Below are positions 11,491 to 22,039 of a DNA stretch of 64,000 bases, in pieces. The position numbers were made by a program, and so were the translations under genes. Position 1 is the stretch's first letter. The number at the start of each line of letters is the position of its first letter. Origin of the DNA: an uncultured Candidatus Saccharibacteria bacterium (GTDB lineage Bacteria; Patescibacteriota; Minisyncoccia; Phycocordibacterales; JACOZG01); assembly GCA_964399075.1 (NCBI GenBank), contig CAYNPK010000001.1:268400-332399 (forward strand), read 5' to 3'. A model generated the notes under the pieces. It was not told where the DNA came from. It ran no database searches and worked only from the letters and a program-made list of their open reading frames with translations.

Positions 11491-13359
11491 TTAAGCAGCA
11501 TCAAGAACAGTCACTGAACCTGATCGATAATCAGGAGCTCCTAATTCAAGAGTTTCTGCTGTACCCCCTAAGTCAGAGTCAGTATTGTACTCAAGTTCAG
11601 TAATGGTTGCTCTAACTGATTCAGGACCAGTCGCAGCGCTAGACTTAACCTCAACTTCAACAGTGAAGGTTCTAGTCTGACCCTTACTGATTCGATAAGA
11701 ATCATCAGCGGTCAAAGTAGCATTGGTGCTAGCGATACTTGTAGAGATAATCTCTGTATCGGCATTGTCCAAAGTGACAGTGAAGTCAGTACCATCTTCG
11801 TTAATGTAGAAGTCGTCCTCGTAAGCAGTCAAGTCAAACTTAAAGGTGAACTTACCAATAGTGTCATCTCCTAGTGAAGAGGTCGTAGCTGATTTTGAAG
11901 TAAATTCAGCGATAAGTCCTTCCATCAAGATAGTGTGAGCTTCGTTAACGGTTAAATCTTCGCTAACCGCTTCGAAGTCCATGTCTTCTCCGTCAACCAC
12001 AACTTCAACAACTGTTAAGGTGGCTGGGAGAGTTAATGTGTCACCACGATTAAAGTCAACCTTAACAGTAAAGGTAACTTCATCATCTTCATCAATCACA
12101 TAATCAACATCGTCGAAGGTGGCGATATCAGAAGTGACAGAAGTCTGATCGAGCAAGGTATTACCTTGGTACAGGTAGGCCCGATACAAAACATCTTCTG
12201 TATCATTACCAGTAACATCAAACTCAACAGCCACTTCAAGAACTTCAACATCGCCATCTTCAGCCTCGACATCAAATTCAAGAACAGTTACACCATTAGT
12301 GCGGGAAGTTTCATCCAAAACAATCTTTTCATCTTCCGGTGAATTGTCACCAATAGATACTGACATGTCGCCAGTGCCGAAGACATCGTCAAAGTCTACT
12401 TCAACTTCTATCGCGTCAGCTGGAGCGTAATCAACAAGACCAAGGCCGTCTGTAAAGCGGACGCCATCAGTATCGAGAGTTACGACAACGGTGTCAGTAT
12501 CGCGAGTACCAGCCATTGAGTCAAGAACAACAAGTTCTAGAGCAATGGTAGCAGTGTCATTTTCGCGAATAATAGTGTTGAGACCGGAGAAGCGGGCGCG
12601 ATATTCGCTACCAACCTCGCTAAAGTCACTGGAACTAGAAAGTGAACCAACTTCTTCTCCGTCAACGAGAAGATTGACTTCGTCAAAGTAGAGCCATGGG
12701 CGGAGATCAAACATGAAGTCAACACGATTGACAGCGATGTCGGAATCCTTAGCCTCGAAGTCTACTTCGATAACGGTTTCACTATCACCAAGGTCAATAG
12801 AGACATCGGAGTCAGTGACAACATCCTCATCCAAGTATCCTTCACCACCTGCTAAGTCACCAGGACCAGGAGTTACTGGATCTGGGTCCGGGGTAACTGG
12901 TGGTGGAGGTAGGACAACTGTTAAATCAGCAGTAACGGCAGCTTGGGTAATAGGACCGTAGTAGCCAGTAGCTGGGGAAATACCCTTGCTAGTCTGATAA
13001 GCAGCCAAGGCTGATTGAGTCTGGGCACCGAAGTAAGCGGTGGCGCCAGCTGGGATCGCAAAGCCTTTGCTGATTAAGAAATTCTGTAAAGCGGTTACTT
13101 GCATGCCCTGACTCTCTAGAGTCAATGGCGCGACGGGAACGGTCATGCTCGGAGCCGGAGCTACTGGAGCAGGAGCGCTAGTACCCATCAGAGCAGCGCG
13201 AACACTGGCTAAAGTATTGGCATCAGCGCCAAAGGAAGTTAGCATCGTGATGATCGCATCTACCTGAATCTGTGGTAGAGCTGCTTGAGCTGGAACAACG
13301 GCAACGCCGAGAGCCAAAGCTACAACAGCGAAACCAACAAACAATTTTTTAATACTCAT
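11491..13359 (-). CDS. Acidic cell-surface (S-layer-like) protein with peptidoglycan-binding domain
   Basis: Signal peptide, VTALQNFLISKGF...YFGAQTQSALAAYQ...GYYGPIT (PG-binding), a Pro linker and a D/E/T/V-rich beta region. Confidence 0.75.
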   Translation of the reverse strand: MSIKKLFVGFAVVALALGVAVVPAQAALPQIQVDAIITMLTSFGADANTLASVRAALMGTSAPAPVAPAPSMTVPVAPLTLESQGMQVTALQNFLISKGFAIPAGATAYFGAQTQSALAAYQTSKGISPATGYYGPITQAAVTADLTVVLPPPPVTPDPDPVTPGPGDLAGGEGYLDEDVVTDSDVSIDLGDSETVIEVDFEAKDSDIAVNRVDFMFDLRPWLYFDEVNLLVDGEEVGSLSSSSDFSEVGSEYRARFSGLNTIIRENDTATIALELVVLDSMAGTRDTDTVVVTLDTDGVRFTDGLGLVDYAPADAIEVEVDFDDVFGTGDMSVSIGDNSPEDEKIVLDETSRTNGVTVLEFDVEAEDGDVEVLEVAVEFDVTGNDTEDVLYRAYLYQGNTLLDQTSVTSDIATFDDVDYVIDEDDEVTFTVKVDFNRGDTLTLPATLTVVEVVVDGEDMDFEAVSEDLTVNEAHTILMEGLIAEFTSKSATTSSLGDDTIGKFTFKFDLTAYEDDFYINEDGTDFTVTLDNADTEIISTSIASTNATLTADDSYRISKGQTRTFTVEVEVKSSAATGPESVRATITELEYNTDSDLGGTAETLELGAPDYRSGSVTVLDAA

Positions 13360-13526
13360 AAATCACAAATTAATAATAATTAATAATGCTTAATAATTTT
13401 CTTCTTTATTAATCCTCAAGCTGGATAGTCAGCCGATTATCGACAGACGGCCAAGACGACCAGAGAGAGGTTAATAACAAAATGGAAAGGCGTGCGGAAA
13501 ATTTACAGATTACAGAAATAATTCGG

Positions 13527-13590
13527 TTGTCAAAGAACCCTCCCAATTATAGTATTGACTACTCAAACTAGCAAAAGAAGCTGTGGATAA
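13527..13590 (-). promoter_or_regulatory. Promoter of surface-protein gene with boxA-like element and DnaA box
   Basis: TTGCTA (13574-69), 17 nt, TATAAT (13551-46), then GTTCTTTGACAA (13538-27). TTATCCACA is at 13582-90. Confidence 0.65.
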
Positions 13591-13639
13591 CACTAGCTAA
13601 TTTCACCATCAATACCACTAGTAAAGTATATAGAAAAGC

Positions 13640-14320
13640 TTAATTAGAGTCAATAAGCGAGTAACGACTCCAGCGTCTATCACCTTGGCGCGTGATTAAA
13701 CCACGGTGAACAAGATTCGCCAGCGCGCGTTGGACAGTCTTGGTACTATAAGTAGGAAAGGAGGTAGCAATGTCCTTAATAGACGACTCGCCGTTCTCGC
13801 GGATGTGTCGGAGAATAATCTCTACTCTATCGGTCTTATCAGACATAGGAGAAATAGCAGGCGAACTTTGTCCTTTACTCTCTTTATTTTTTGCTTTTAC
13901 CGCGGGTGCAACAGGAACTGGTTTGCTTTCTGGCTTACTCTTACTCTCTGTCTTAATAGTTAATAAATTCACATCAGGGTTAGATTGGAGCAAGGCTAGA
14001 GGTTCTAGGATTTGTTGCCCTTGCTGTTGTTCCAGTCTCTTAGACAAAGCTAGATATTCTTGCTTGAGGATAGAGAGATTCATTTCCGAAACAGCTGAAC
14101 TTAATAAGGCAACGTCTAGTAGATTAACCAAGCGATTGATTAGTTTGATCGCCACATCAGAACGAGAAGGATCAATCTCTGATTCAATCTGGAGAGCCAG
14201 TTGGCGCATCTGCCACTTGAGGGGCTCGTTATCGTGGAGAAAATTGCTAACGACATACAGAGCACCAGTTAGCTTGTGGGCTCTTAGCTTGTCCTTTTGT
14301 CCTATTAATTCTTCCGTCAT
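13640..14320 (-). CDS. Hypothetical protein with C-terminal winged-helix (DeoR-like HTH) domain
   Basis: SIKDIATSFPTYSTKTVQRALANLVHRGLITRQGDRRWSRY. The start was moved to ATG 14320 (TATAAT 10 nt upstream). Confidence 0.7.
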   Translation of the reverse strand: MTEELIGQKDKLRAHKLTGALYVVSNFLHDNEPLKWQMRQLALQIESEIDPSRSDVAIKLINRLVNLLDVALLSSAVSEMNLSILKQEYLALSKRLEQQQGQQILEPLALLQSNPDVNLLTIKTESKSKPESKPVPVAPAVKAKNKESKGQSSPAISPMSDKTDRVEIILRHIRENGESSIKDIATSFPTYSTKTVQRALANLVHRGLITRQGDRRWSRYSLIDSN

Positions 14321-14430
14321 AATGTCCCTTATTATATATAAGACAAATCCACTTGTCCAGAGGGTAAAATCTTGTCTAATAGAGCCCTTATTTCGCCTTA
14401 CTTGCAAGCGGGTGCTATAATTCTCCACAT

Positions 14431-16602
14431 ATGGCCAAACGGAAAAAAGGTGATAAAAAGTTCTCTGGAGAAGAACAAGAAGGGTTAATTAAGAACGAAA
14501 CCAAGCATGGAATTATCGCCGTCGTTTGTGGGGTGCTGGCAATCTTCTTCATCTTGGCCAGTCTCCACCGCGCCGGCGCCGCCGGTGACTTGGCTTATCG
14601 GGGGCTTGGCCATCTCTTCGGCGCCGGCTTCTTTATTATCCCAATAATTTTAATTATCTTGGGCTTATCCTTTTTCCGTTCAACTCGACCCCATTTCATT
14701 ACCGGACGCTTGCTGGCTGGCTTGGGCTTCTTCGTCTCACTATTGGGAATAATCAGTATCTTGTTCCCTGCCGATCCGGCCTGGCGCGCTGGTGGTCTGA
14801 TTGGTCAAGCTATCGCTAGTCCCCTGCAGAAAGTTTTTGCCACCTATAGTTTGTTTCTGTTAGCCGCTTGTATCTTAATTACTCTATTAATAATCTTTGA
14901 TACCAGATTACAACTCGGCTGGCTTAATCCCCTCAAGTGGTGGCGCTTGATTAAAAAACCTAAAGAACAAGAAACAAATAATTTAGTAACAGAGAATAGC
15001 GAAGTTGTTGATACCGAAGTTCCAGCCACACCACCAGCATCAACTACTGATTCTAAAGTTGAATCAGAAGCAAAAACTAAACCAGTTGAGACCGAAGGAT
15101 CAATTTACCAACAATTGGTCAATTGGGGCAGTCGTGGCAATTCCTCCAAGTACACACCACCACCGCTCTCGCTACTAGAGAAAGATAGTGGCAAACCCGG
15201 CGGTGGCGATATTAAAGCAAGCGCCAATATTATCAAACGCACTCTAGCAAACTTCGGTATCGTGGTAGAGATGGACGAGATCTCCATCGGACCCTCCATC
15301 ACTCGCTTCGCTCTTAAGCCCGCCGAGGGAGTTAAGCTCTCGCGCATTATCGCTTTGCAAAATGATTTATCACTGGCTCTGGCTGCTCACCCCATCCGGA
15401 TTGAAGCGCCGATACCGGGCAAGTCTCTGGTGGGAATTGAAATCCCTAATCGCACCAAATCGCTAGTCGGCCTAGCTTCCCTCTTGGGCAATTCTGACTT
15501 TGCCAAATCACCTTACTCTCTAGCAGTCTCTCTAGGACGCGACATCGCCGGGCAAGCCCACTTCGCCAACTTGGCCAAGGCGCCTCACATCCTTATCGCC
15601 GGTACCACCGGCTCGGGTAAGTCGGTAGTGATTCATACTTTCATTACCTCACTACTGTATCGCAATCCGCCAGATCGTTTACGCTTCATTATGATCGATC
15701 CCAAGCGAGTAGAATTAACTCTCTACAATAATATTCCCCATCTCCTTACACCAGTAGTGACTAACGCCAAGAAAACGATTCTGGCGCTAAAGTGGGCAAT
15801 CAAAGAAATGGAAAGACGATATGATGTATTAGAGAAACAAGCCGTCCGTGATATCCAGTCTTATCATCAAAATGCCGAAAAGGATCCGGAAGGTAAGGAG
15901 AAGATGCCCTACTTGGTAATTATTATTGATGAGCTAGCCGACATTATGTCCACTTATCCGCGCGAACTGGAAGCCACGATCGTCAGACTGGCTCAAATGT
16001 CTCGCGCCGTTGGTATCCACTTAGTCCTCTCTACCCAGAGGCCAAGCGTGGAAGTGATTACTGGGCTAATCAAGGCTAACATCCCCGCCCGCATCGCCCT
16101 CCAAGTTGCTTCACAGATTGACTCTCGCACAATCATCGACTCCGCCGGAGCGGAAAAATTATTAGGTTCCGGAGATATGCTCTATCTATCCGGCGATCGA
16201 GGCAAGCCAGTTCGTCTACAGTCAGCTTTCATTTCTGAAGTAGAAGTCAAGAAGATGGTCGCCTATTTAGTTAAGCAACAAGCCGACAATACTGATGGGG
16301 AAAACCCAGAATTAGATTTAACAACCGAAACAAGAGATCAGTCTCCAACCCTTAGCACTCTAAGTCTCGACGAAGAAGCAACTGACGAAGATGACGATGA
16401 ACTCTACGAGGAGGCGCGAGAGCAAGTAATCCAAGCTGGGAAAGCTTCGGCCTCTTATCTCCAGCGCAAACTTAAAGTTGGCTATGCTCGCGCCGCTCGC
16501 CTCTTGGATATGTTAGAAGAACGACAAGTAATCGGACCAGGCGAGGGAGCTAAACAGAGAGAAGTTTATATTAAATATGACTCCACTGATAACCTACTCT
16601 AA
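14431..16602 (+). CDS. ftsK: DNA translocase FtsK
   Basis: N-terminal TMs, PHILIAGTTGSGKS, IIDELAD, RLAQMSRAVGIHLVLSTQRPS and the gamma domain SYLQRKLKVGYARAARL. Confidence 0.97.
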   Translation: MAKRKKGDKKFSGEEQEGLIKNETKHGIIAVVCGVLAIFFILASLHRAGAAGDLAYRGLGHLFGAGFFIIPIILIILGLSFFRSTRPHFITGRLLAGLGFFVSLLGIISILFPADPAWRAGGLIGQAIASPLQKVFATYSLFLLAACILITLLIIFDTRLQLGWLNPLKWWRLIKKPKEQETNNLVTENSEVVDTEVPATPPASTTDSKVESEAKTKPVETEGSIYQQLVNWGSRGNSSKYTPPPLSLLEKDSGKPGGGDIKASANIIKRTLANFGIVVEMDEISIGPSITRFALKPAEGVKLSRIIALQNDLSLALAAHPIRIEAPIPGKSLVGIEIPNRTKSLVGLASLLGNSDFAKSPYSLAVSLGRDIAGQAHFANLAKAPHILIAGTTGSGKSVVIHTFITSLLYRNPPDRLRFIMIDPKRVELTLYNNIPHLLTPVVTNAKKTILALKWAIKEMERRYDVLEKQAVRDIQSYHQNAEKDPEGKEKMPYLVIIIDELADIMSTYPRELEATIVRLAQMSRAVGIHLVLSTQRPSVEVITGLIKANIPARIALQVASQIDSRTIIDSAGAEKLLGSGDMLYLSGDRGKPVRLQSAFISEVEVKKMVAYLVKQQADNTDGENPELDLTTETRDQSPTLSTLSLDEEATDEDDDELYEEAREQVIQAGKASASYLQRKLKVGYARAARLLDMLEERQVIGPGEGAKQREVYIKYDSTDNLL

Positions 16603-16966
16603 TCCCAAAGCCAATGCTTGGCTAAACTCCAAACGACTGTTAATAATTATTTTCTTTGGCCTAATTGCGATTTATGCTATTTATCAAACTCATGACATTC
16701 TCTTAGGACCGCGACTGTTTATCCAAGATGTGCAGAATGGCAAAACTTACACGGAACCATTAATCACAATCGAGGGCGAGGCAAAAAATATTTCTCACCT
16801 ATTTCTCAACGACAGACAGATCTTCACCAATGAACAAGGTCAATTCCAAGAGAAATTGCTACTCATCCCCGGCTATTCTATAATCAAGCTTGAGGCGAAA
16901 GACAAATTTGGACGATCGGTGAAGCGGATGCTAGCTTTGGTCTACGACCAAAGTTTTAATAATTAA
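16577..16966 (+). CDS. Membrane-anchored Ig-like domain protein
   Basis: TM helix followed by ITIEGEA..LFLND...GQFQEKLLLIPGYSIIKLEAKDKFG, a beta-sandwich pattern. Confidence 0.6.
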   Translation: MTPLITYSNPKANAWLNSKRLLIIIFFGLIAIYAIYQTHDILLGPRLFIQDVQNGKTYTEPLITIEGEAKNISHLFLNDRQIFTNEQGQFQEKLLLIPGYSIIKLEAKDKFGRSVKRMLALVYDQSFNN

Positions 16967-16988
16967 TTAACAAAAATATTTTATTTAT

Positions 16989-17996
16989 ATGGCGAAAAAG
17001 ACGACGACTGACAAGAGCACAGGAGGATCAATTGATGAGACGATAAAAACGATTGAGACTAAATTCGGCGAAGGATCAATTATGAAGTTGGGCGACAGGC
17101 CCAAAGTGGATGTGGGCGCGATCTCAACTGGCTCATTGGGCTTAGATGTGGCTCTGGGGATCAACGGTTTGCCTCGAGGTAGGATTATCGAAATCTACGG
17201 ACCGGAATCTTCTGGTAAAACAACCTTGGCCCTCCACGTAGTAGCCCAAGCCCAGAAGCATGGTGGCATTTGCGCTTTTATTGACGCCGAACACGCCATG
17301 GACCCGGACTACTCGAAGAAATTGGGCGTAAAAATTGAAGAATTATTAATCTCTCAACCGGACTACGGTGAACAGGCGTTAGAAATTGCCGAGAGTCTAA
17401 TCCGTTCCGGCAAGATTGATGTAATAGTCATTGATTCAGTGGCAGCTCTAACTCCCAAAGACGAAATCGAAGGCGATGTGGGAGCCTATCACGTTGGCAA
17501 GCAAGCGCGACTGATGTCTCAAGCTTTGCGCAAAATGACAGCGATTGTGGCAAGATCGAAGACTGTGGTAATTTTTATCAATCAAATCAGAATGCAAATT
17601 GGCGTCATGTTTGGCAATCCAGAGACTACCCCCGGTGGTAAAGCGCTCAAATTTTACTCTTCCGTACGCCTTGATATTAGAAGAATCGCCCAAATCAAGA
17701 AAGGCGAAGAAGTGGTCGGCGGTCGAGTGCGCGTCAAGGTAGTGAAGAACAAAGTAGCAGCACCGTTTAAAAACGCCGAGTTTGATATCCTCTATAACGA
17801 AGGAATTTCTCCCGAAGGAGAGGTTATTGCGATTGGCGAAAAATGTGGTATCATCGAAAAATCCGGTTCATCTTACACCTATGGCGAAATCAAATTAGGC
17901 CGAGGTTACGACGCGGCTCGAACCTTCCTGAAAGAGAACCCGAAGTTAAAAACCGAATTAATCAATAAGATAAAAGCTGCCCTTGCCACTACTTAA
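16989..17996 (+). CDS. recA: Recombinase RecA
   Basis: [34 protein letters not shown] and [12 protein letters not shown]. Confidence 0.99.
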   Translation: MAKKTTTDKSTGGSIDETIKTIETKFGEGSIMKLGDRPKVDVGAISTGSLGLDVALGINGLPRGRIIEIYGPESSGKTTLALHVVAQAQKHGGICAFIDAEHAMDPDYSKKLGVKIEELLISQPDYGEQALEIAESLIRSGKIDVIVIDSVAALTPKDEIEGDVGAYHVGKQARLMSQALRKMTAIVARSKTVVIFINQIRMQIGVMFGNPETTPGGKALKFYSSVRLDIRRIAQIKKGEEVVGGRVRVKVVKNKVAAPFKNAEFDILYNEGISPEGEVIAIGEKCGIIEKSGSSYTYGEIKLGRGYDAARTFLKENPKLKTELINKIKAALATT

Positions 17997-18558
17997 TTAC
18001 AACGAAATCAAAGAACGCCGATTCATCGTCTTGGACGGTGAACCTTTTGAAGTGTTGTCCAGTCATGTGTTCCGCAAGCAACAACGCAAACCGCAAAACG
18101 TCACTAAACTGAAAAATTTAATTACCGGAACAGTGAAAGAGCACTCCTTCCACGCTAGTGACAAAGTGCCAGAAGCAGAAATAGAAGAACAGAAGGCCTC
18201 ATACCTCTACTGCCATCGTGACGAATATTGGTTCTGTGAGACGGCGAACAAGAGTAACCGCTTCAAACTGCCAGCCGAGCAGGTATCAGAGCAAATGAGT
18301 TACCTCTCCCCTAATAGTCCAGTGACTATTCTCTCCTTCGACCAGCGACTTATTGGCGTAAAAATTCCAATCAAAGTTGAGCTCAAAGTTAAGGAAGCGG
18401 CACCAGCCTCTCGCGGTAACACCGTCCAAGGCGGTTCCAAGCGCGTTGTTTTAGAAACCGGCAAAGAATTAGAAGTACCGATGTTTATCAACGAAGGCGA
18501 TATCGTAATTGTTAATACCGACTCCGGTCAATACGTAGAACGAGCCAGCAAGAAGTAA
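17983..18558 (+). CDS. efp: Elongation factor P (non-canonical tip loop)
   Basis: [38 protein letters not shown]. Confidence 0.9.
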   Translation: MPLLNYNEIKERRFIVLDGEPFEVLSSHVFRKQQRKPQNVTKLKNLITGTVKEHSFHASDKVPEAEIEEQKASYLYCHRDEYWFCETANKSNRFKLPAEQVSEQMSYLSPNSPVTILSFDQRLIGVKIPIKVELKVKEAAPASRGNTVQGGSKRVVLETGKELEVPMFINEGDIVIVNTDSGQYVERASKK

Positions 18559-18592
18559 AATTAGGAGAAAAATTAAAAAAACTGACGTAAAA

Positions 18593-18793
18593 TTATCGCG
18601 AAACAAAAGGCAAGAGAGCCATTAGTCGCGCTCGCTTAATAGCGGTAGATAACTTCCGCTGATGATTAGCACAGACACCACTGCGTTTGTGACTAAGAAT
18701 TTTTGCCGAAGGATCGATAAAACGCTTCAACAATTCAGTGTCTTTGTAGTCAACGCATTTGATATTATTGGTGCAAAGATAGCAATTTTTCAT
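18593..18793 (-). CDS. rpsR: 30S ribosomal protein S18
   Basis: CYLC...VDYKDTELLKRFI...HQRKLSTAIKRARLMALLPF. Confidence 0.95.
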   Translation of the reverse strand: MKNCYLCTNNIKCVDYKDTELLKRFIDPSAKILSHKRSGVCANHQRKLSTAIKRARLMALLPFVSR

Positions 18794-18808
18794 AACCTTA
18801 ATTTAAAC

Positions 18809-19261
18809 TTAAAAAGGAATATCGTCCGGATTGATCTCTTCGTCGGGATACTCAATAGACTTGGCTTCGCCCGGAGCTTCAGCCTTGTGGGATTGATCAA
18901 CGGCTTGACTAGAATTAGCAGAAGAACCGCCAGAACTCTTAGGACCAAACTGTACGCGATCAGCAACGATCTCCGTTCGATATTGCTTGTGACCCTCCTT
19001 GTCATCCCAACTTCGAGTCTGCAAACGGCCTTCTACTAGAGCCGACTGACCCTTGCGTAAATACTGCCCAACAATCTCGGCCTGGGGGCCGAAAACAACA
19101 ATATTGTGAAATTGAGAATCCTCTTGCTTCTGGCCTTCTTTGTTTTTCCAAACTCGATTGGTGGCCATCCCCATGGTGCAAACCTTAATACCGGAAGGTA
19201 AGGCGCGGACCTCTGGATCGCGAGTTAAATTGCCGATGATAATTACTTTGTTGAGATACAT
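18809..19261 (-). CDS. ssb: Single-stranded DNA-binding protein
   Basis: LNKVIIIGNLTRDPE...VEGRLQTRSW...DDIPF tail. Confidence 0.97.
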   Translation of the reverse strand: MYLNKVIIIGNLTRDPEVRALPSGIKVCTMGMATNRVWKNKEGQKQEDSQFHNIVVFGPQAEIVGQYLRKGQSALVEGRLQTRSWDDKEGHKQYRTEIVADRVQFGPKSSGGSSANSSQAVDQSHKAEAPGEAKSIEYPDEEINPDDIPF

Positions 19262-19274
19262 ATTATTTTATTTT

Positions 19275-19757
19275 TTATTTTATTAATAAACCATCAATCT
19301 CTTTGTCGATTTCCTTGTCGATAGCTTCCTTCTGATTATCCTGATTATCTGGTGAGGTCATGACCTGAACGGGAGCTACTCGAGCTGGAACGTTTTGATG
19401 ACTAGTATAATTGCAATCGCGAGGCAGAGATATAAGCAAATGACGAATCAAGAACTGGGATTTACCCATGGTCGAATCCAGGGCGGACGCGGAAGCTCTT
19501 GAGGCCGTAAAACGAAAAACGCCCAAATAGGCTTCAGAGAAAGTGCTCCCTTTGTGCTCGACTACCTTCTTGATCGGATAAGCCAGAGAAGTCATCTTAG
19601 GATTCTCTCTAGCCACCACAGTAATAGCCAACTTATCCATTGGCGTCAAGATCTCCTGTTGGATTATTTCGGTCAATTTTTCTTCCGCGACCAAGGGAGT
19701 AAGGAGGTAGCTTAACTCGTAAGCCCCAGAGTCCTCATTTTTTTCTATATCATCCAT
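19275..19757 (-). CDS. rpsF: 30S ribosomal protein S6
   Basis: YELSYLL...LAYPIKK...IRHLLI and rpsF-ssb-rpsR synteny. The start was set at ATG 19757. Confidence 0.85.
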   Translation of the reverse strand: MDDIEKNEDSGAYELSYLLTPLVAEEKLTEIIQQEILTPMDKLAITVVARENPKMTSLAYPIKKVVEHKGSTFSEAYLGVFRFTASRASASALDSTMGKSQFLIRHLLISLPRDCNYTSHQNVPARVAPVQVMTSPDNQDNQKEAIDKEIDKEIDGLLIK

Positions 19758-19794
19758 GGGGCGTATCGTACCAGATAATATCGCGAGATGCAAC

Positions 19795-20574
19795 TCAATT
19801 AAGACGTGGCAAAATAGGCGCTAACTTGAAAACCCGACTAGCGTTAGTTAGAACAATTTCAGCCATTTCCTCCGGAGATAAGCCTCTGATCTCGGCCAAA
19901 CGCTTGATAACTCGCTCAACATACACTGGCTCATTGCGTTTACCACGATAAGGCACGGGTGCCACATAAGGGGCGTCAGTTTCGGCCAACAAGCTCTCAC
20001 TAGGGACAAACTTAATGACTTCATCATAATCATGAGTAAAAGTAATAACTCCCGTAAACGATAAAGTGAAATTTAAATCCAGAAATTGTTGCGCTTGTTT
20101 GATGTCGCCGGAAAAGAAGTGTACGTTCCCAGCAACCCCAGAGAATGATCGCAAAATAGACAAGACATCATCATAAGCTTCTCGAACATGCAACATCAAG
20201 GGCTTGTTAACTTGGAGCGCCAGATCAATTTGCCGGAGAAATAATTCCCGCTGACTAAGCTTATCGCCCGGATTAGATAAACGAAAATAATCCAAACCAC
20301 ACTCCCCGATGGCCGCTACCCTCTTATGTTTAGCCAACTCCTTCAGTTCTTGCCAATCATTCTCATCAAGCTGATTAATTTCCTGCGGATGGACACCGAT
20401 CGAGGCCCAGAAGTTTTGGTGATTAGTTAAATTTACCACTTCGCGACTAGTTTGGAGACCAGTGCCAACATTAATTACTCCGCAACCCACTTCTTCCATT
20501 TTCTTAATCACCGCCTCCAGATCATGATCATAATCAGGAAAATTAAGATGAGCGTGGATATCAATAAGATTCAT
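19795..20574 (-). CDS. tatD: TatD family nuclease
   Basis: DIHAHL, GVHP, AIGECGLDY, LHVR and ETDAPY. Confidence 0.93.
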   Translation of the reverse strand: MNLIDIHAHLNFPDYDHDLEAVIKKMEEVGCGVINVGTGLQTSREVVNLTNHQNFWASIGVHPQEINQLDENDWQELKELAKHKRVAAIGECGLDYFRLSNPGDKLSQRELFLRQIDLALQVNKPLMLHVREAYDDVLSILRSFSGVAGNVHFFSGDIKQAQQFLDLNFTLSFTGVITFTHDYDEVIKFVPSESLLAETDAPYVAPVPYRGKRNEPVYVERVIKRLAEIRGLSPEEMAEIVLTNASRVFKLAPILPRLN

Positions 20575-20587
20575 TAAAAATAATTTT

Positions 20588-22039
20588 TTACTTCCTCATA
20601 AACAAGGGCGCCTCGGGCATCTTGTTTTCTTTTATTAACTCTTGAATTTTTTTAGCGGTTTCTGGCATGACAACAGCTAAACAGTGGGCTAGGCCAGCGA
20701 TATTCCCGACCAAGGATATAACATCATTTCTAGCAGCATCAGGAGTGGTTTTCCAAAGCTCAAAAGGTTTTCTAGTTTGTATATATAAATCGAGGTTCTT
20801 TATTTCATCCCAAATAAAATCCATAGATTTATTGATCTCAAATTGAGACAAGTGGTCAAAAAATGGTTTATACTTTTCTGCCTCTCCACGAATTTTAAAT
20901 GAATCATCATTAGTAACAACGGGCTTATCTAAATATTTTTCTGCCATCTTCATCACTCTGGACACTAAATTCCCCAAGCCGTTGGCCAAATGAGCATTGT
21001 AAGCCTCTTTTATCAATTCAAGCGTCACCGGACTATCTTCAAAAGGTGTAACATGACGGGCTAAATAATAACGAATAGCGTCAGTGCCATATTCCTCAAC
21101 AACTTCATGAGGGTTAATAACATTACCCAAACTCTTAGACATCTTCTGGCCACCAACTCCAGTCACAAAGCCACGAATTATAATTTGCTTAGAGGGTGGT
21201 AAACCAGCTGACATAAGCATCGCCTGCCACATCGCCGCCTGCTGGCGGAGGTTATCTTTGCCGGCAAATTGGGTTACCGGCCACCAATGCTTAAACTTTT
21301 TCTCATCAGTTGGCCAACCAATAGCGGACAGATAGTTGACCAGAGCGTCGAACCAAACATACATCACCTGATCCGGATCATCGGGAACAGGCACACCCCA
21401 AGGCATCTTCTTGGCCAAGCGCGAGATACTGAAGTCCTCCAAACCTCGCTCAACGAAAGCGCGAATCTCGTTCTGTCGCGAGACTGGTAAGACAAAATTT
21501 GGATTCTTCTCATAAAGCTCGAGAAGAGGTCTCTGATACTTAGAAAACTTAAAAAAATAATTTTCTTCTTCAATAAATTCTAAAGCTAAATTGGGATGGA
21601 GAGGGCATAGATTGTTAACTAACTCTGATTCGGTTTTTTCCAATTCACAACCGACGCAATATTTGACACGATAAGTTTTTTTATAAATATCACCAGCCTT
21701 AACACAAAGCCGCCAAAATTCTTGAGCCGCTCCAACATGATAAGGATCCGTGGTACGAATGAAATTAGTCCCCTCCCACAACCCTAAGGCTGGTAATAAT
21801 TTCTTAAATTCTAGGGCATATTTATCAACATAATCTTGAGGAGAAATACCAGCCACTTGCGCCGCCCGATAAATCTTCAAGCCATGTTCATCAGTGCCGG
21901 TATTAGAAAAAACTTCCCGGCCGGTTAATAAAAAATAGCGAGCAATAATATCAGCGTGGACCAGTTCAGCGGCAAAGCCGATGTGGGGATCGGCATTAAC
22001 GTAAGGTAGGGTGGTGGTAAGGTAAGTTTTAACCGACAT
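20588..22039 (-). CDS. metG: Methionyl-tRNA synthetase
   Basis: YVNADPHIGF, GTDEHGLKI, YVWFDALVNY and KMSKSLGN. Confidence 0.95.
   Translation of the reverse strand: MSVKTYLTTTLPYVNADPHIGFAAELVHADIIARYFLLTGREVFSNTGTDEHGLKIYRAAQVAGISPQDYVDKYALEFKKLLPALGLWEGTNFIRTTDPYHVGAAQEFWRLCVKAGDIYKKTYRVKYCVGCELEKTESELVNNLCPLHPNLALEFIEEENYFFKFSKYQRPLLELYEKNPNFVLPVSRQNEIRAFVERGLEDFSISRLAKKMPWGVPVPDDPDQVMYVWFDALVNYLSAIGWPTDEKKFKHWWPVTQFAGKDNLRQQAAMWQAMLMSAGLPPSKQIIIRGFVTGVGGQKMSKSLGNVINPHEVVEEYGTDAIRYYLARHVTPFEDSPVTLELIKEAYNAHLANGLGNLVSRVMKMAEKYLDKPVVTNDDSFKIRGEAEKYKPFFDHLSQFEINKSMDFIWDEIKNLDLYIQTRKPFELWKTTPDAARNDVISLVGNIAGLAHCLAVVMPETAKKIQELIKENKMPEAPLFMRK

Noticed and set aside
8202-13590. Replication origin
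   Set aside because: There are only isolated DnaA boxes 5 kb apart, with no dnaA/dnaN and no sustained switch in gene strand.
13770-14420. 216-aa plus-strand ORF
   Set aside because: It is fully antisense to the winged-helix gene and has no recognisable motifs.
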